Shown: piece by piece, positions 19,401-32,017 of the stretch
How the letters are laid out: each line of letters begins with the position of its first letter
Position numbering within the stretch: the stretch's first letter is position 1
Source of the DNA: Streptococcus cristatus
GTDB taxonomy: Bacteria; Bacillota; Bacilli; Lactobacillales; Streptococcaceae
Length of the DNA: 64,000 nucleotides
Direction: 5' to 3'
Assembly: GCF_963529205.1 (NCBI RefSeq)
Contig: NZ_CAURYF010000003.1
Location: forward strand, 12,258-76,257
The notes under the pieces: model-generated
Told to the model about the DNA's origin: nothing
The model's input: only the letters and a program-made list of their open reading frames with translations
Databases searched by the model: none
Made by a program: the position numbers and the translations under genes

Positions 19401-21182
19401 TTGGATAAAGAAATGATTTCTGAAATAAAAAATAGTGTCAATATCGTCGATGTCATAGGAGAAACGGTAGCCTTAACCAAGGCTGGCAGAAACTTTCTGG
19501 GACTTTGTCCCTTTCATGGCGAAAAGACGCCCTCTTTCAACGTTGTAGAGGACAAGCAGTTTTATCACTGTTTTGGCTGTGGCAAGTCGGGGGATGTTTT
19601 CAAGTTTATTGAGGACTACCGAGGCGTATCCTTCATGGATGCTGTTCAGATTGTCGCAGACAGAGCGGGCATTTCCTTAGGGATGGAGAGAGCTGGCGCA
19701 GATCGACCGAGACAGGCTCATCCGCATCAGGCGCTCTACGATATTCATACAGAGGCAGCGAAGTTTTACCATGCGGTTCTGATGACGACCAAAATAGGAG
19801 AAGAAGCACGCGCTTATCTCTACAATCGTGGGCTGACAGATGAGGTCATTAAGCATTTTCAAATCGGCTTGGCTCCTAATGAAGGCAACTATCTTCATAA
19901 GAGTATGGCTGGTAAGTTTGATGAGTTCACTATCATGAACTCGGGTCTTTTTAATCTGGCAGAGAATAATCTGGTCTATGATGCTTTTCAGAACCGGATT
20001 ATGTTTCCCTTGACCAATGACAAGGGGCAGGTTGTCGCCTTTTCTGGTCGAATCTGGCAAGATTCGGAGGCTGTTTCACAGACTGCCAAGTATAAGAATA
20101 GTCGCAGCACCCCTATTTTTAATAAAAGCTATGAGCTTTATCATCTGGATAAGGCCAAGCCGGTTATCAAGAAGAGCCATGAAGTTTATCTGATGGAAGG
20201 CTTTATGGACGTGATCGCGGCTTATCGGGCTGGAGTTGAAAATGCAGTCGCATCTATGGGAACAGCTCTGACGCCTGAGCATGTCCAGCACCTGCGTAAG
20301 TATTGCAAGAAAATCATTCTGACTTATGATGGAGACAGGGCTGGTCAGGCTGCGATAGCCAAGGCTTTAGAAGAGCTGCGGGATATGTCGGTAGAGATTG
20401 TGTCCTTTCCTGACAATATGGATCCAGACGAATTTATTGCTAAAAATTCTGCCGAGGAATTGCGACAATTTCTGACTAAAACGCGAATTAGTGATGTAGA
20501 GTTCCTTTTACGCTATCTCAAGCCGGATAATATTGAAAATTTGCAGGCTCAGATTGAATTCGTGGAGCGAATGGCGCCAATCATTGCTCAAACGCAGTCT
20601 ATTACAGCTCAGAATTCCTATATTTATATGTTGGCTGAGTTGCTGCCAGATTTTGATTACCAGCAGGTAGAGAATACGGTTAACAACAGTCGTTTGGCTG
20701 AGCGAAGTAGCCGAAGCGGACAGCAGTCGGAATCTCTAAGAAGACCTGTACTGGTAGATCTTCCACTGTCTAAACAGCTTTCACGGTTGATAAAAGCAGA
20801 AATCCATATCCTTTATCGTATGGTACACAATCCGCTGGTTTTAAATAGCTATCGGCTTCGTACAGATTTTGCCTTTGATACGGCGGAACTGCAGGAGTTA
20901 TACGAGCTTTTACTGGCCAATGGTGAAGTGACTTCGCAGGATTTATCCAGCTTACCGGAAAGAGTCCAGCAACTTTGGTATCGGATGTTGGAGGAAGATT
21001 TGCCAGAGGAGATGGAAGACGGAGAGTTAGCAGAAGTTGAGTTGACTAGGGAACGTGAATTGCTTCGTAAGAATAATCAGCTGATTAGCAAAAAGATTCG
21101 AGAAGCTTTGCATACTGGAGATGAGAATGCCGCTATATTAGAAGTGGAGCGCTTAATCGCACAAAAAAGAAGAATGGAGTAG
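19401..21182 (+). CDS. dnaG: DNA primase
   Basis: [11 protein letters not shown] zinc finger, KYKNS and EGFMDV TOPRIM; probable TTG start after GGAGG. Confidence 0.97.
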   Translation: MDKEMISEIKNSVNIVDVIGETVALTKAGRNFLGLCPFHGEKTPSFNVVEDKQFYHCFGCGKSGDVFKFIEDYRGVSFMDAVQIVADRAGISLGMERAGADRPRQAHPHQALYDIHTEAAKFYHAVLMTTKIGEEARAYLYNRGLTDEVIKHFQIGLAPNEGNYLHKSMAGKFDEFTIMNSGLFNLAENNLVYDAFQNRIMFPLTNDKGQVVAFSGRIWQDSEAVSQTAKYKNSRSTPIFNKSYELYHLDKAKPVIKKSHEVYLMEGFMDVIAAYRAGVENAVASMGTALTPEHVQHLRKYCKKIILTYDGDRAGQAAIAKALEELRDMSVEIVSFPDNMDPDEFIAKNSAEELRQFLTKTRISDVEFLLRYLKPDNIENLQAQIEFVERMAPIIAQTQSITAQNSYIYMLAELLPDFDYQQVENTVNNSRLAERSSRSGQQSESLRRPVLVDLPLSKQLSRLIKAEIHILYRMVHNPLVLNSYRLRTDFAFDTAELQELYELLLANGEVTSQDLSSLPERVQQLWYRMLEEDLPEEMEDGELAEVELTRERELLRKNNQLISKKIREALHTGDENAAILEVERLIAQKRRME

Positions 21183-21184
21183 GT

Positions 21185-22297
21185 ATGGCTACAAAACAAA
21201 AAGAAGTAACAACATTAGACGTTCAAATTGCAGAATTCATCCGCAATCACAAGCAGACAGGTGTAGCGACAGACGATGAAATCAATGACCAGCTGGTCAT
21301 TCCTTTCACTTTGGACGCTGATGGGATTGAGGATTTGCTGCAACGCATTCAGGATGCGGGCATTTCTATCACGGATAAGGAAGGAAATCCCAGCGCGCGT
21401 GTCTTGAATACTGAAGAGGAAGAAGTAGAACTGACCGATGAAGAGCTCTTGGGTAGCAATTCAGCCAAGGTCAATGACCCAGTCCGCATGTATCTGAAAG
21501 AAATCGGGGTTGTGCCGCTTCTTAGCAATGAAGAAGAACAAGAGCTGGCGATTTTGGTAGAGCAGGGAGACTTGGAAGCCAAGCAGCGTCTGGCTGAGGC
21601 CAATCTTCGTCTGGTTGTTTCCATTGCCAAGCGCTATGTCGGCCGTGGTATGCAGTTCCTTGACTTGATTCAAGAAGGAAACATGGGACTGATGAAGGCT
21701 GTTGATAAGTTTGACTACACCAAAGGATTTAAGTTTTCAACTTATGCGACTTGGTGGATTCGTCAGGCTATTACCCGTGCGATTGCTGACCAAGCTCGGA
21801 CTATTCGGATTCCGGTCCATATGGTGGAAACCATTAACAAGCTAGTCCGTGAGCAACGTAATCTATTGCAGGAATTAGGTCAAGATCCTACGCCTGAGCA
21901 AATCGCTGAGCGGATGGATATGACACCTGACAAGGTTCGTGAGATTCTCAAGATTGCTCAAGAGCCGGTTTCTCTAGAGACGCCAATCGGTGAGGAAGAT
22001 GACAGCCATCTGGGAGACTTTATCGAAGACGAAGTGATTGAAAATCCAGTTGATTACACAACTCGTGTCGTTCTTCGTGAGCAGTTGGATGAGGTCTTGG
22101 ATACTTTGACAGATCGTGAGGAAAACGTCTTGCGTCTGCGCTTTGGTCTGGACGATGGAAAAATGCGGACGCTGGAAGATGTCGGCAAGGTTTTCAATGT
22201 CACCCGTGAGCGGATTCGCCAGATTGAAGCCAAGGCACTGCGTAAACTTCGCCACCCAAGCCGCAGTAAACCACTCAGAGACTTTATCGAAGATTAA
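21185..22297 (+). CDS. rpoD: RNA polymerase primary sigma factor
   Basis: [23 protein letters not shown] and [12 protein letters not shown]. Confidence 0.99.
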   Translation: MATKQKEVTTLDVQIAEFIRNHKQTGVATDDEINDQLVIPFTLDADGIEDLLQRIQDAGISITDKEGNPSARVLNTEEEEVELTDEELLGSNSAKVNDPVRMYLKEIGVVPLLSNEEEQELAILVEQGDLEAKQRLAEANLRLVVSIAKRYVGRGMQFLDLIQEGNMGLMKAVDKFDYTKGFKFSTYATWWIRQAITRAIADQARTIRIPVHMVETINKLVREQRNLLQELGQDPTPEQIAERMDMTPDKVREILKIAQEPVSLETPIGEEDDSHLGDFIEDEVIENPVDYTTRVVLREQLDEVLDTLTDREENVLRLRFGLDDGKMRTLEDVGKVFNVTRERIRQIEAKALRKLRHPSRSKPLRDFIED

Positions 22298-22422
22298 GAA
22301 CTGAAAAGCAAGAAGGGGCAGAAATCTTTCAGTAGGAAGTGTCAAGTCGGCGATCCTTGCTGAAAACAAAGGTCCCCTCGAGCTAACTTGAAATTTCTGC
22401 TATATCTATAAGGAGGATATGC

Positions 22423-22761
22423 ATGTCAGAAAAAAAATACAGCCCTGAAGAAGTTGAAAAGATTAAAACGCGTATTTTGGAGAGCTTGGAGCAGGTCATT
22501 GACCCAGAGCTGGGGATTGATATTGTCAATCTAGGTTTAATCTATGAAATCCGTTTTGACGAGACCAATGGGGAAACGGAAATCGATATGACCTTGACCA
22601 CTATGGGATGCCCTCTGGCGGATCTTCTGACTGACCAGATTTATGACGCCATGTCAGATGTTCCAGAGGTTACTAAGACAGAAGTCAAATTGGTTTGGTA
22701 TCCCGCTTGGACAGTGGAAAAGATGAGTCGTTATGCTCGAATTGCATTAGGGATTAAATAG
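22423..22761 (+). CDS. DUF59/SufT metal-sulfur cluster assembly factor
   Basis: DPELGIDIVNLGLIY and TLTTMGCP motifs. Confidence 0.9.
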   Translation: MSEKKYSPEEVEKIKTRILESLEQVIDPELGIDIVNLGLIYEIRFDETNGETEIDMTLTTMGCPLADLLTDQIYDAMSDVPEVTKTEVKLVWYPAWTVEKMSRYARIALGIK

Positions 22762-22843
22762 CGACATCACACTGGAAGAAAGACTATACAGAAAAGCGCT
22801 TGAATGGAACATCAAGTGCTTTTTGAATGTAATTTTGTACAAA

Positions 22844-23779
22844 CTACCAGCTAGTTAGTGAAATTTCCCCGCTGTTGAGCCAGATATTTTGGCCGTTCTC
22901 CAACTGGACTAGAAGTTGGCCACTGTCCGAGATATCGCTAGCAATTCCCTTATAGGTTTGATTATTTTGCTGGAAGCTCACTTGGCGACCGAGGACTAGA
23001 GAGTGCTTTTTGTAAAGATAGAGCAGGTCTTGGGGATCGCTTTCGTAGAAACATCTCCAGATTTCAGCAATCAGCTCATTTCTGCTGATAGGAGCTCGCT
23101 CTGTAAAGAGTGATCCAGCCTTAGATTGCAATTCTTCTGGAAAATCATTAACGCAAAAATTAAACCCGACCCCGATAATAATATCTGTGACTAAGTCTGT
23201 CTCGACTGAAGTAATGGCCTCGGTTAAAATGCCTGCGATTTTTTTATCCTTGTAGTAAATATCGTTGACCCACTTGATATCTATGTCTATCAGGGTTAGA
23301 TTTTTTACAGCCTGATAGATGGCTCCAGCTGTCAGGAGGGTATAGGCAGGGATTTGATCAAAAGATAGGTTGGGCTTGAGATGGAGGGACATGTAAAAGC
23401 CGCCTTGTTTTGGAGAGAAAAAGTTTCGGCCGAAGCGACCGCGACCAGCGGATTGAGCGGCAGCTAGATAAAGGGTATTTGCTTCGCCGCTCGCTTCCAG
23501 ACCTGCTTTGGCATCTATTTGAGTAGATTGACAGTTGGGGTTGAAGGAAACTTTGATGGGTGCCTCTTTTTCAATGATTTCTGGGATTAGTAAATCCCCC
23601 GCTTTGAGCTTATAGCCCCGATTTTTAACGGAATCAATCTGGATTCCTTCTCTTTCCAAGCGCTGAATGGCCTTCCAAATGGAAGTTCTGGAAATACCCA
23701 ATGTCTGGGCCAGACTTTCTCCATTGGCATAATCGTCAGCTTGGCTGAGAATGGTAAATAATTGTTCGTAGGTTTTCAT
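22844..23779 (-). CDS. birA: Bifunctional biotin ligase/repressor
   Basis: N-terminal HTH, GRGRFGR, KWVND and KIAGIL motifs. Confidence 0.95.
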   Translation of the reverse strand: MKTYEQLFTILSQADDYANGESLAQTLGISRTSIWKAIQRLEREGIQIDSVKNRGYKLKAGDLLIPEIIEKEAPIKVSFNPNCQSTQIDAKAGLEASGEANTLYLAAAQSAGRGRFGRNFFSPKQGGFYMSLHLKPNLSFDQIPAYTLLTAGAIYQAVKNLTLIDIDIKWVNDIYYKDKKIAGILTEAITSVETDLVTDIIIGVGFNFCVNDFPEELQSKAGSLFTERAPISRNELIAEIWRCFYESDPQDLLYLYKKHSLVLGRQVSFQQNNQTYKGIASDISDSGQLLVQLENGQNIWLNSGEISLTSW

Positions 23780-23793
23780 TCGTTCTTTCTCTG

Positions 23794-24795
23794 TTAAATA
23801 CTGCTTTCTCGAATGGTCAGCTTGGTAGAAAGTTTGACCATATAGGGAATGGAGTCCTCTTCGGATGTTAAAATTTGATTCAGAATGTGCAGAGCCTGCT
23901 TGCCCATTTCTTCTGTAAAAACGGTGACCGTACTGAGACTGGGATAGATGTACTTAGCAATAGACGTATCATTAAATGAAATAATGCTGACATCTTGGGG
24001 AACTTGGATTCCGTGTTCTTGCAGAGCCCGCAAGGCACCGATAGCCAAAGCATCGCTAGAGATGAAGAAGGCGGGCGGGAGCTGGTTCTCGTGCTCGCTA
24101 AGGAGCTCTGTCATCATCTGATAGCCTGATTCCGAAGAAAAGCTGCCTACCTTAACCAAGTCAGGTTGATAAATTTCTTTTTCAGACAGATACTGCTGAA
24201 AGCTTGCCAAACGAGGGTCGCTGATTAGACTAGTCTGGTCAGAGGTTCTTTCTTGCCCGGCAATCATGCCAATCTGATCAAAACCAGCATTTATGAAGTG
24301 CTCAAGTACCTTCCTTACAGCATTCTCAAAATCAACCGTCACACAGCTGTGGCCTGCATTAAGTGTATCACTGTCGACAAAAACTAAGTGGCTGCTGTAT
24401 TGCTCCAGCTGCTGGATTTGAGCTGGGCTGAATTTACCGATGGCAATCAAGCCATCAATGTCTTTCAATTGCTCAAGAGAATCATTTTGAAACACTCTGA
24501 GAATCTCATAGCCCAATTCTTGGGCTTTTTTTTCAATGCCCAAACGAATGGAGTAGTAGTAAAGGTCATCGAGCTCTTCCTGCTCAGTGTACCATTCAAT
24601 GAGCCCAATACGGTAGGCCTGAGCCTTACTTGGCTTCCTTTTTCTTGATTTTTTATAGTTCAGCTGCTCAGCGATATCAAAAATCTTTTTACGAGTGCTA
24701 TCACTGACTGACATGGCTGGGTCGTAGTTGAGTACGCGAGAGACCGTAGCGGGAGAGACCCCAGCAGCCTGGGCAATATCCTTAATCGTAGCCAT
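23794..24795 (-). CDS. galR: LacI-family galactose operon repressor
   Basis: MATIKDIA..AGVS.ATVSRVLN and ELDDLYYYSIR; divergent from galK. Confidence 0.9.
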   Translation of the reverse strand: MATIKDIAQAAGVSPATVSRVLNYDPAMSVSDSTRKKIFDIAEQLNYKKSRKRKPSKAQAYRIGLIEWYTEQEELDDLYYYSIRLGIEKKAQELGYEILRVFQNDSLEQLKDIDGLIAIGKFSPAQIQQLEQYSSHLVFVDSDTLNAGHSCVTVDFENAVRKVLEHFINAGFDQIGMIAGQERTSDQTSLISDPRLASFQQYLSEKEIYQPDLVKVGSFSSESGYQMMTELLSEHENQLPPAFFISSDALAIGALRALQEHGIQVPQDVSIISFNDTSIAKYIYPSLSTVTVFTEEMGKQALHILNQILTSEEDSIPYMVKLSTKLTIRESSI

Positions 24796-24889
24796 TTTTT
24801 TCTCCTATTGTCTTATATGGGCTATTATACCTCAAAAACAAGTAAATAACAAAGAGGAATTTAGTAAATATTAGGTGATCGCTTTATTA

Positions 24890-24960
24890 AGTAAAAATTT
24901 ACTAAAATTATTGAAGTTTTACTCGGAAACGGTTATAATAAAATCAAGAAAACGATTACA
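24890..24960 (+). promoter_or_regulatory. galK promoter with GalR operator and cre site
   Basis: Palindrome AGTAAAAATTTACT (24890-24903); TTGAAG(24911)-17-TATAAT(24934); cre-like AGAAAACGATTACA (24947-24960). Confidence 0.72.
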
Positions 24961-24992
24961 ATATCGATCATCGTTATAAAGGAGTTTAGTTT

Positions 24993-26171
24993 ATGTCAAA
25001 TGTCATTTCAGTAGAGCAAATCCGCGCAGATTTTGCCAAGGTTTTTGGAGTAGAAGCGGACCACACTTTCTTTTCACCCGGTCGGATCAATCTGATCGGC
25101 GAGCATACGGACTATAACGGCGGCCATGTCTTTCCTGCAGCTATTTCTCTTGGAACTTATGGAGCGGCTCGTAAGCGGGACGACCAGCTCTTGCGATTCT
25201 TCTCAGGGAATTTTAAAGAAAAAGGGATTATTGAAGTGCCGCTGGAAAACCTGCACTTTGAGCCTGAGCATAACTGGACCAACTATCCAAAAGGAGTTCT
25301 GCATTTTCTGCAGGAGGCAGGCCATAAGATTGACCGAGGCATGGATGTCTATGTTTATGGAAATATTCCCAACGGCTCGGGCTTGTCTTCTTCTGCATCG
25401 CTAGAGCTTTTAACTGGTATCATGGCCGAGAAACTTTTTGATTTGCAGTTGGAACGTCTGGACCTAGTGAAAATCGGTAAATTAACTGAGAATGAATTTA
25501 TCGGGGTTAATTCTGGTATTATGGACCAGTTTGCCATCGGTATGGGAGCTGACCAGCGGGCTATTTACTTAGATACCAATACCTTGGAATATGACTTGGT
25601 GCCACTTGATTTGAAGGATAATGTTGTAGTGATTATGAATACCAACAAGCGGCGTGAGTTGGCGGATTCTAAGTACAATGAGCGTCGGGCGGAGTGTGAA
25701 AAAGCTGTTGAAGAACTGAACCGCAAGCTATCTATCGCAACCTTGGGTGAGTTGGACGAGTGGTCCTTTGATGAGTATAGCTATCTGATAGAGGACGAAA
25801 ATCGCCTCAAACGGGCTCGCCATGCCGTTTTGGAAAATCAACGCACTTTGCAAGCGCGGGCAGCTTTGCAGGCAGGCGATCTTGACAAGTTTGGCCGCCT
25901 CATGAATGCTTCCCACGTTTCATTGGAGCATGACTATGAAGTGACTGGCCTAGAGCTGGACACCTTGGTTCACACGGCCTGGGAGCAAGAAGGCGTTCTG
26001 GGAGCCCGTATGACCGGAGCTGGCTTCGGTGGCTGTGCCATTTCCTTGGTGCAAAAAGATGCCGTTGAGGCCTTTAAGGAAGCTGTTGGCAAGCACTACG
26101 AGGAAGTCGTTGGATACGCTCCAAGCTTCTATATCGCTGAAGTTGCAGGTGGCACTCGAGTTTTAGACTAG
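24993..26171 (+). CDS. galK: Galactokinase
   Basis: [22 protein letters not shown] and [11 protein letters not shown]. Confidence 0.98.
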   Translation: MSNVISVEQIRADFAKVFGVEADHTFFSPGRINLIGEHTDYNGGHVFPAAISLGTYGAARKRDDQLLRFFSGNFKEKGIIEVPLENLHFEPEHNWTNYPKGVLHFLQEAGHKIDRGMDVYVYGNIPNGSGLSSSASLELLTGIMAEKLFDLQLERLDLVKIGKLTENEFIGVNSGIMDQFAIGMGADQRAIYLDTNTLEYDLVPLDLKDNVVVIMNTNKRRELADSKYNERRAECEKAVEELNRKLSIATLGELDEWSFDEYSYLIEDENRLKRARHAVLENQRTLQARAALQAGDLDKFGRLMNASHVSLEHDYEVTGLELDTLVHTAWEQEGVLGARMTGAGFGGCAISLVQKDAVEAFKEAVGKHYEEVVGYAPSFYIAEVAGGTRVLD

Positions 26172-26182
26172 GAGAGAAGTAA

Positions 26183-26842
26183 ATGGAAGCTGTAATATTT
26201 GATTTAGATGGCTTATTAGCTGATACTGAGATCATTTCTCTAAAAGTTTATCAAGAATTGCTTAAAGATTTTGGAATTCCTTTCACAGAAGAAACATATT
26301 CTAGAGAATACAGTGGACATAGGGAAGAGGAGAATGTTCAACGATTTTTGGATACCTATGATTTACCTTGGAACTTTGACCAAACCTTGGAAAAAGTTTA
26401 TGAACTGGAAGCTCGAATATTAGCCAAAGGTGTAAATTTAAAAAAAGGTGCTAAAAATTTGCTTGCTTTTTTGCAAAGAGAAGGCATTCCGATCGCCTTA
26501 GCAACTTCAAGTGTTGAATCTCGAGCGAGAATGATCTTGGATAGCAATGGTATACTGTCCCTATTTGACCATCTAGTTTTTGCAAAAGATGTAAAGAGAA
26601 GCAAACCTTACCCTGATATATTTTTAAAGGCCTGTAGAGATTTGAACGTTTTACCAGAGAATTGCTTAGTACTAGAGGATAGTGAAGCAGGGATTGAGGC
26701 AGCGTATAGGGCTGGGATACCAATCATTTGTATTCCAGACTTAAAAATACCAGCGCAGTCTTTCTTAAATAAAACAGAACAAGTTTTTCAGGATTTAGAC
26801 GCTGTCAGAGACTATTTAGAATGTAAGAAGGAGAATCAATGA
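26183..26842 (+). CDS. HAD-family phosphatase (beta-PGM/CbbY-like subfamily)
   Basis: [22 protein letters not shown] and LEDSEAG motifs. Confidence 0.9.
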   Translation: MEAVIFDLDGLLADTEIISLKVYQELLKDFGIPFTEETYSREYSGHREEENVQRFLDTYDLPWNFDQTLEKVYELEARILAKGVNLKKGAKNLLAFLQREGIPIALATSSVESRARMILDSNGILSLFDHLVFAKDVKRSKPYPDIFLKACRDLNVLPENCLVLEDSEAGIEAAYRAGIPIICIPDLKIPAQSFLNKTEQVFQDLDAVRDYLECKKENQ

Positions 26843-28320
26843 GTCAGGGAGTTCTAGATGCATTTATCACAGAAGTCATTTCTGAAAGTTCATTTGAGGA
26901 AATGGATCGAATCTACCTGATCAATCGTGTTTTGGCACGAGTGGGAGATGGCGTTTTAGAAGTTGAGACTGAGTTGGATGACTTGATTGGCCTCAAGGAC
27001 CAGCTGGTTGAGGAGGCAGTTAGATTAGAGACGATTGAGGATAGTCAGACTGCGCGTGAAATCCTTGGTGCTGAGCTTATGAACTTCATCACACCTGCCC
27101 CTAGCCAGCTCAATCAGGACTTCTGGACGACCTATGCTTCCAATCCCGAGCAAGCTGTGGCTGATTTTTACCAGCTTAGTCAAAAGAATGACTACATCAA
27201 GGTCAAGGCTATTGCTAAAAACATTGCTTTCAAAGCACCGACCGCTTATGGAGATTTGGAAATCACCATCAATCTCTCTAAGCCAGAAAAGGATCCCAAG
27301 GAAATTGCGGCAGCTAAAAAGGCTAAGAACAGCCATTATCCAGCCTGCCAGCTCTGCATGGAAAATGAAGGCTACCAAGGCCGCTTGGATCACCCTGCCC
27401 GCGCTAACCATCGGATTATTCGATTCGATTTGGCCGGACAGGAATGGGGCTTCCAGTATTCGCCCTATGCCTACTTTAATGAGCATTGCATCTTTCTGCA
27501 CAGCCAGCACCTTCCTATGGCTATCAGCCGGCTGACCTTTGAGCGCCTGCTGGACATCGTCGAGACTTTTCCAGGCTATTTTGCAGGATCCAACGCCGAC
27601 CTGCCTATTGTCGGTGGCTCCATCCTGACCCACGACCACTATCAGGGCGGACGTCATACTTTCCCTATGGAAATAGCAGAGCTGGATTGCAGCTTTACTT
27701 TTAGCGGATTTGAAGAGGTGGAAGCAGGTATTGTCAAGTGGCCTATGTCTGTCATTCGTCTGAAGTCTGATAAGAAGGAACAGTTGATTGAGTTGGCTGA
27801 CAAGATCTTGCAAGCTTGGCGGACTTATTCTGATCTAAGTGTGCAGGTGTTGGCAGAGTCTGAGGGTGAGCCTCACCATACCATCACACCGATTGCCCGC
27901 AAAAAAGATGGATGTTTTGAGCTAGACTTGGTCTTGCGGGACAATCAAACTTCCGCAGAACATCCAGACGGCATTTACCATCCTCATAAGGATGTGCAAC
28001 ATATTAAGAAAGAAAATATCGGTCTGATTGAGGTTATGGGGCTGGCTATTCTGCCGCCTCGGCTCAAGGAAGAACTCAAGCAGGTGAAACTTTTCTTGCT
28101 GGGAGAAGACTGTCAGGTTGCTGCCTATCATCAGGAGTGGGCCAAGCAACTCAAAGACCAAAATCCAAATGTTTCCGCTGAAACGGTGGAAGGAGTAGTT
28201 CAGGCTTCAGTTGGACAAATTTTCAGCCGTGTGCTGGAAGACGCGGGAGTTTACAAGCGAACAGAGGAGGGGCAGGAAGCATTCATGCGCTTTGTCCAAT
28301 CTGTTGGTTTGAAAGAATAA
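26839..28320 (+). CDS. galT: Galactose-1-phosphate uridylyltransferase (type II)
   Basis: [16 protein letters not shown] and [13 protein letters not shown]. Confidence 0.97.
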   Translation: MSQGVLDAFITEVISESSFEEMDRIYLINRVLARVGDGVLEVETELDDLIGLKDQLVEEAVRLETIEDSQTAREILGAELMNFITPAPSQLNQDFWTTYASNPEQAVADFYQLSQKNDYIKVKAIAKNIAFKAPTAYGDLEITINLSKPEKDPKEIAAAKKAKNSHYPACQLCMENEGYQGRLDHPARANHRIIRFDLAGQEWGFQYSPYAYFNEHCIFLHSQHLPMAISRLTFERLLDIVETFPGYFAGSNADLPIVGGSILTHDHYQGGRHTFPMEIAELDCSFTFSGFEEVEAGIVKWPMSVIRLKSDKKEQLIELADKILQAWRTYSDLSVQVLAESEGEPHHTITPIARKKDGCFELDLVLRDNQTSAEHPDGIYHPHKDVQHIKKENIGLIEVMGLAILPPRLKEELKQVKLFLLGEDCQVAAYHQEWAKQLKDQNPNVSAETVEGVVQASVGQIFSRVLEDAGVYKRTEEGQEAFMRFVQSVGLKE

Positions 28321-28397
28321 TTGCAGCAAGAGTTTTCATTCGTCCTTATTTTTGATAAAATAGTTAAAGTATAAATCAAGACAAGAAAGAGAGAAAC

Positions 28398-29399
28398 ATG
28401 GCAATTTTAGTATTAGGTGGAGCTGGTTATATCGGCTCGCACATGGTAGACCGTTTGGTAGAAGCAGGTAAGGAAGAGGTAGTCGTCGTTGATAATTTGG
28501 TGACTGGCCATCGCGCAGCCGTCCATCCTCAAGCAGTCTTTTATGAGGGCGATTTAGCTGATAAGGATTTTATGCGTAGTGTATTTGCCAATCATCCATC
28601 TATTGATGCAGTCATTCACTTTGCTGCCTTTTCACTGGTCGCAGAGTCTATGGTTGATCCGCTCAAATATTTTGACAATAACACAGCCGGTATGGTTTCT
28701 CTTTTGGAGGTCATGCAGGAATGCGGCGTTAAAAACATTGTCTTTTCTTCGACTGCGGCAACTTATGGCATTCCTGAGGAAGTTCCGATTCTGGAAACAA
28801 CTCCGCAAACGCCGATTAATCCTTATGGTGAGAGCAAACTCATGATGGAGACTATTATGCGCTGGGCAGACCAGGCCTATGGCATCAAGTTTGTAGCTCT
28901 GCGTTATTTCAATGTAGCTGGTGCCAAGCCCGACGGCTCAATTGGTGAGGATCATGGACCAGAGACCCATCTCTTGCCCATTGTGCTCCAGGTGGCTCAG
29001 GGCAAACGTGAAAAGATTGCCGTCTTTGGCGACGATTACGACACTCCGGATGGAACCAATGTTCGTGATTATGTTCATCCTTTTGACTTGGCTGAAGCCC
29101 ATATTTTGGCTGTTGAGCATCTGCGTGCTGGTCAACCTTCGGATGCCTTTAACCTTGGCTCTTCGACTGGTTTTTCCAACTTGCAGATTGTAGAAGCCGC
29201 CCGCAAGGTGACCGGCCATCCTATTCCTTTGGAAATAGCAGAGCGACGTCCAGGGGATCCAGATACGCTGATTGCTTCCTCTGAGAAGGCAAGAAATATT
29301 CTGGGCTGGCAGCCGAAATTTGACAATATCGAAACCATTATCGAAACTGCTTGGAAATGGCATTCCAGTCATCCAAATGGCTATGATGATCTCCAGTAA
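28398..29399 (+). CDS. galE: UDP-glucose 4-epimerase
   Basis: [14 protein letters not shown] and LRYFNVAGA. Confidence 0.97.
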   Translation: MAILVLGGAGYIGSHMVDRLVEAGKEEVVVVDNLVTGHRAAVHPQAVFYEGDLADKDFMRSVFANHPSIDAVIHFAAFSLVAESMVDPLKYFDNNTAGMVSLLEVMQECGVKNIVFSSTAATYGIPEEVPILETTPQTPINPYGESKLMMETIMRWADQAYGIKFVALRYFNVAGAKPDGSIGEDHGPETHLLPIVLQVAQGKREKIAVFGDDYDTPDGTNVRDYVHPFDLAEAHILAVEHLRAGQPSDAFNLGSSTGFSNLQIVEAARKVTGHPIPLEIAERRPGDPDTLIASSEKARNILGWQPKFDNIETIIETAWKWHSSHPNGYDDLQ

Positions 29400-29422
29400 T
29401 CAGTGTAGTTTCAAATATTGGC

Positions 29423-29458
29423 AGAGACACCTTGTTAGGAATAGCAAGGTGTCTCTTT
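29423..29458 (+). terminator. Terminator after galE
   Basis: AGAGACACCTTGTTA-GGAA-TAGCAAGGTGTCTCT. Confidence 0.75.
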
Positions 29459-29529
29459 GGAGTGTTAGAAGTTCTTTTTCTTAGATTTAATTTGTTGTAA
29501 AAAAAGCGGATACATAGTAAAATAGAAAA

Positions 29530-30456
29530 ATGATGAAAATAAGACGAATAAATAATGAATTAGAGATAAATCAGGAAGAAGATACGGTCTTGGTCTTGGG
29601 CTATTTTGACGGCCTGCATAAGGGACATCAGACACTTTTTAAGGAAGCTAGGAAAATAGCGGATGAGCAAGGACTGAAGATTGCGGTACTGACCTTTCCT
29701 GAGTCACCAAAATTAGCTTTTGTCCGTTATCAGCCAGAGTTGATGTTGCATTTAAATCATCCAGAGGAACGAGCTGCTCACTTAGAAAATTTGGGTGTGG
29801 ACTACCTTTACTTGATTGACTTTACTAGTCATTTTTCTAAAAATACAGCCCGAGAATTTTTTGATAAGTACGTTTCTGCGCTTAAAGCAAAGGCAGTTGT
29901 GGCAGGTTTTGATTACCATTTTGGATCTGACAAGAGAAAGGCAGAGGAGCTTGCAGACTATTTCGATGGTCGGATTGTCATCGTCTCATCGGTCAATCAA
30001 GATGAGGAAAAAATCTCTTCTACTCGGATTAGAGAGACCATTCAAAATGGTGATGTTGCCAAGGCGCATCAGCTATTAGGCTATCCTCTCTCTACTCGTG
30101 GCATTGTGGTTCATGGCAATGCTAGAGGGCGTACCATTGGCTATCCAACGGCCAATCTAGCACCATTGGATCGCGTGATTTTGCCAGCAGATGGTGTCTA
30201 TGTGGTAGATGTTGAGCACAATGGCAAGATTTTTCGTGGCATGGCTAGCGTTGGCAAAAATGTGACCTTTGAAGGAGATGAGCTTCGTTTTGAAGCCAAT
30301 CTATTTGACTTTGCGGAGGAAATCTATGGCGATACGATTCGGATTATCTGGCTGGATAAGATTCGTGACATGGTCAAATTTGATGGTATTGAAGAACTGG
30401 TTGCTCAATTAAAGAGTGATGAAGAAGTGGCAAGAAATTGGGAATGTTCGGAATAA
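29530..30456 (+). CDS. ribF: Riboflavin kinase / FAD synthetase
   Basis: GYFDGLHKGH, ISSTRIR and GRTIGYPTAN. Confidence 0.96.
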   Translation: MMKIRRINNELEINQEEDTVLVLGYFDGLHKGHQTLFKEARKIADEQGLKIAVLTFPESPKLAFVRYQPELMLHLNHPEERAAHLENLGVDYLYLIDFTSHFSKNTAREFFDKYVSALKAKAVVAGFDYHFGSDKRKAEELADYFDGRIVIVSSVNQDEEKISSTRIRETIQNGDVAKAHQLLGYPLSTRGIVVHGNARGRTIGYPTANLAPLDRVILPADGVYVVDVEHNGKIFRGMASVGKNVTFEGDELRFEANLFDFAEEIYGDTIRIIWLDKIRDMVKFDGIEELVAQLKSDEEVARNWECSE

Positions 30457-30575
30457 ATGTCAGTTTTTAATATTTTTCTTAGTATTTCGAGCCGATTCTC
30501 AAAAATATCTAGTCAAGAGAGATAAAATTTAGTATAATAGAGTTAGTTACTATATAAAAATAAGAAGAGAACAGC

Positions 30576-30974
30576 ATGATTACATTATTTTTATCGCCTA
30601 GCTGCACTTCCTGTCGCAAGGCGCGTGCTTGGTTGATTGGTCATGAAGTTCCATTTACGGAGCATAATATCATGACGAGCCCTCTGTCTGCTCCAGAATT
30701 GCAACACATTCTTTCATTGACAGAAAACGGCACTGATGACATCATCTCAACCCGCTCAAAAATTTTTCAAAAACTAGATTTAGATGTAGAGGATTTATCG
30801 ATTTCAACGCTCATTAAGCTGATTGAGGAAAATCCTAGTCTTTTGCGTCGCCCAATTATCCTCGATGGTAAACGAATGCAAATCGGTTTCAATGAAGATG
30901 AAATCCGTGCTTTCTTGCCTAGAGGCTATCGGAAAGAAGAACTAAGAGCCGCAACTATGCGTGCTGATATTTAA
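30576..30974 (+). CDS. spxA: Transcriptional regulator Spx (SpxA1)
   Basis: SCTSCRKA and LRRPII motifs. Confidence 0.95.
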   Translation: MITLFLSPSCTSCRKARAWLIGHEVPFTEHNIMTSPLSAPELQHILSLTENGTDDIISTRSKIFQKLDLDVEDLSISTLIKLIEENPSLLRRPIILDGKRMQIGFNEDEIRAFLPRGYRKEELRAATMRADI

Positions 30975-30977
30975 ATT

Positions 30978-31256
30978 ATGGAAAAAAATTATAGTTACCC
31001 ACTAGACTTATCGTGGAGCACTGAAGAGCTTGCTTCAGTGCTTTCTTTTTTTAATGATGTAGAGCAAGCCTATGAACAGAAGATTCAAGCGGAGAAACTG
31101 CTCCAGTCCTATGCAGTTTTCAAGAAAGTTGTTCCCAGCAAGGGAGAAGAGAAGCGACTCGGCCGTGAGTTTGAGACGGTCAGTGGCTATTCTCTTTATC
31201 GTGCTGTTCAGGAGGCGAAAAGGAAAGGGAAAGGAATGATTTCTCTTGGAAAATAA
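30978..31256 (+). CDS. UPF0223 family protein
   Basis: [13 protein letters not shown] motif. Confidence 0.88.
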   Translation: MEKNYSYPLDLSWSTEELASVLSFFNDVEQAYEQKIQAEKLLQSYAVFKKVVPSKGEEKRLGREFETVSGYSLYRAVQEAKRKGKGMISLGK

Positions 31257-32016
31257 ATTTCATTTTGCGAAAGAAATAGTGTATCAGGCAGGTGCTTTTT
31301 TGAGAGACCATCTCTATGGTGATTTGGATGTCGTGCAAAAAAGTAGTCCGACTGACTTGGTGACTCAAATGGACAGTTTCATCCAGGATGACTTGGTTGG
31401 GAAAATTTTAGCTCAGTATCCTGACGACGCGATTTTGGCTGAGGAAAATGACCTGCGACACGACATCGCGGATGGTAATGTCTGGGTGATTGATCCTATT
31501 GATGGCACCAATAATTTCATTACCCAGCGGGCTGATTTTGCTATTATGTTAGCTTATTTTGAAAATGGGCAGGGCAAGTTCGGCTTGATTTACGATGTGA
31601 CAAGGGACCAGCTTTTTCATGGAGGTGGGGCTTTTGATGTTTACTGCAATGACAGAAAGTTGTCTGCTTTTATCGATAAGCCCTTGCAGCAATATCTTAT
31701 GGCTTCAAATGCTAGTATGCTGGAGCATAATCACTGGGGACTAGCTGACTTATCTCGTGCCTGCTTAGGCGTGCGTGTCTATGGCAGTGCTGGGATTAGT
31801 TTTGGCAAGGCTCTGTCTGGTGGTTTGGCAGCCTATTTCTCTTATAATTGGCCTTGGGACTATGCGGCGGCCTATGTGATGGCTGACAAATTGGGTTTTG
31901 TCATTCAGACTTTAGATGGCGGCCAGCCGAATTTTCAGACTCAGGAGCCGATTATGATTGCACCAAAGTGTAAATTGGGCGAATTACAAAAGTATTTACG
32001 AAAGGGAAAAGGCTAG
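31246..32016 (+). CDS. Inositol monophosphatase family protein
   Basis: [13 protein letters not shown] and WDYAA motifs. Confidence 0.92.
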   Translation: MENKFHFAKEIVYQAGAFLRDHLYGDLDVVQKSSPTDLVTQMDSFIQDDLVGKILAQYPDDAILAEENDLRHDIADGNVWVIDPIDGTNNFITQRADFAIMLAYFENGQGKFGLIYDVTRDQLFHGGGAFDVYCNDRKLSAFIDKPLQQYLMASNASMLEHNHWGLADLSRACLGVRVYGSAGISFGKALSGGLAAYFSYNWPWDYAAAYVMADKLGFVIQTLDGGQPNFQTQEPIMIAPKCKLGELQKYLRKGKG

Positions 32017-32017
32017 T

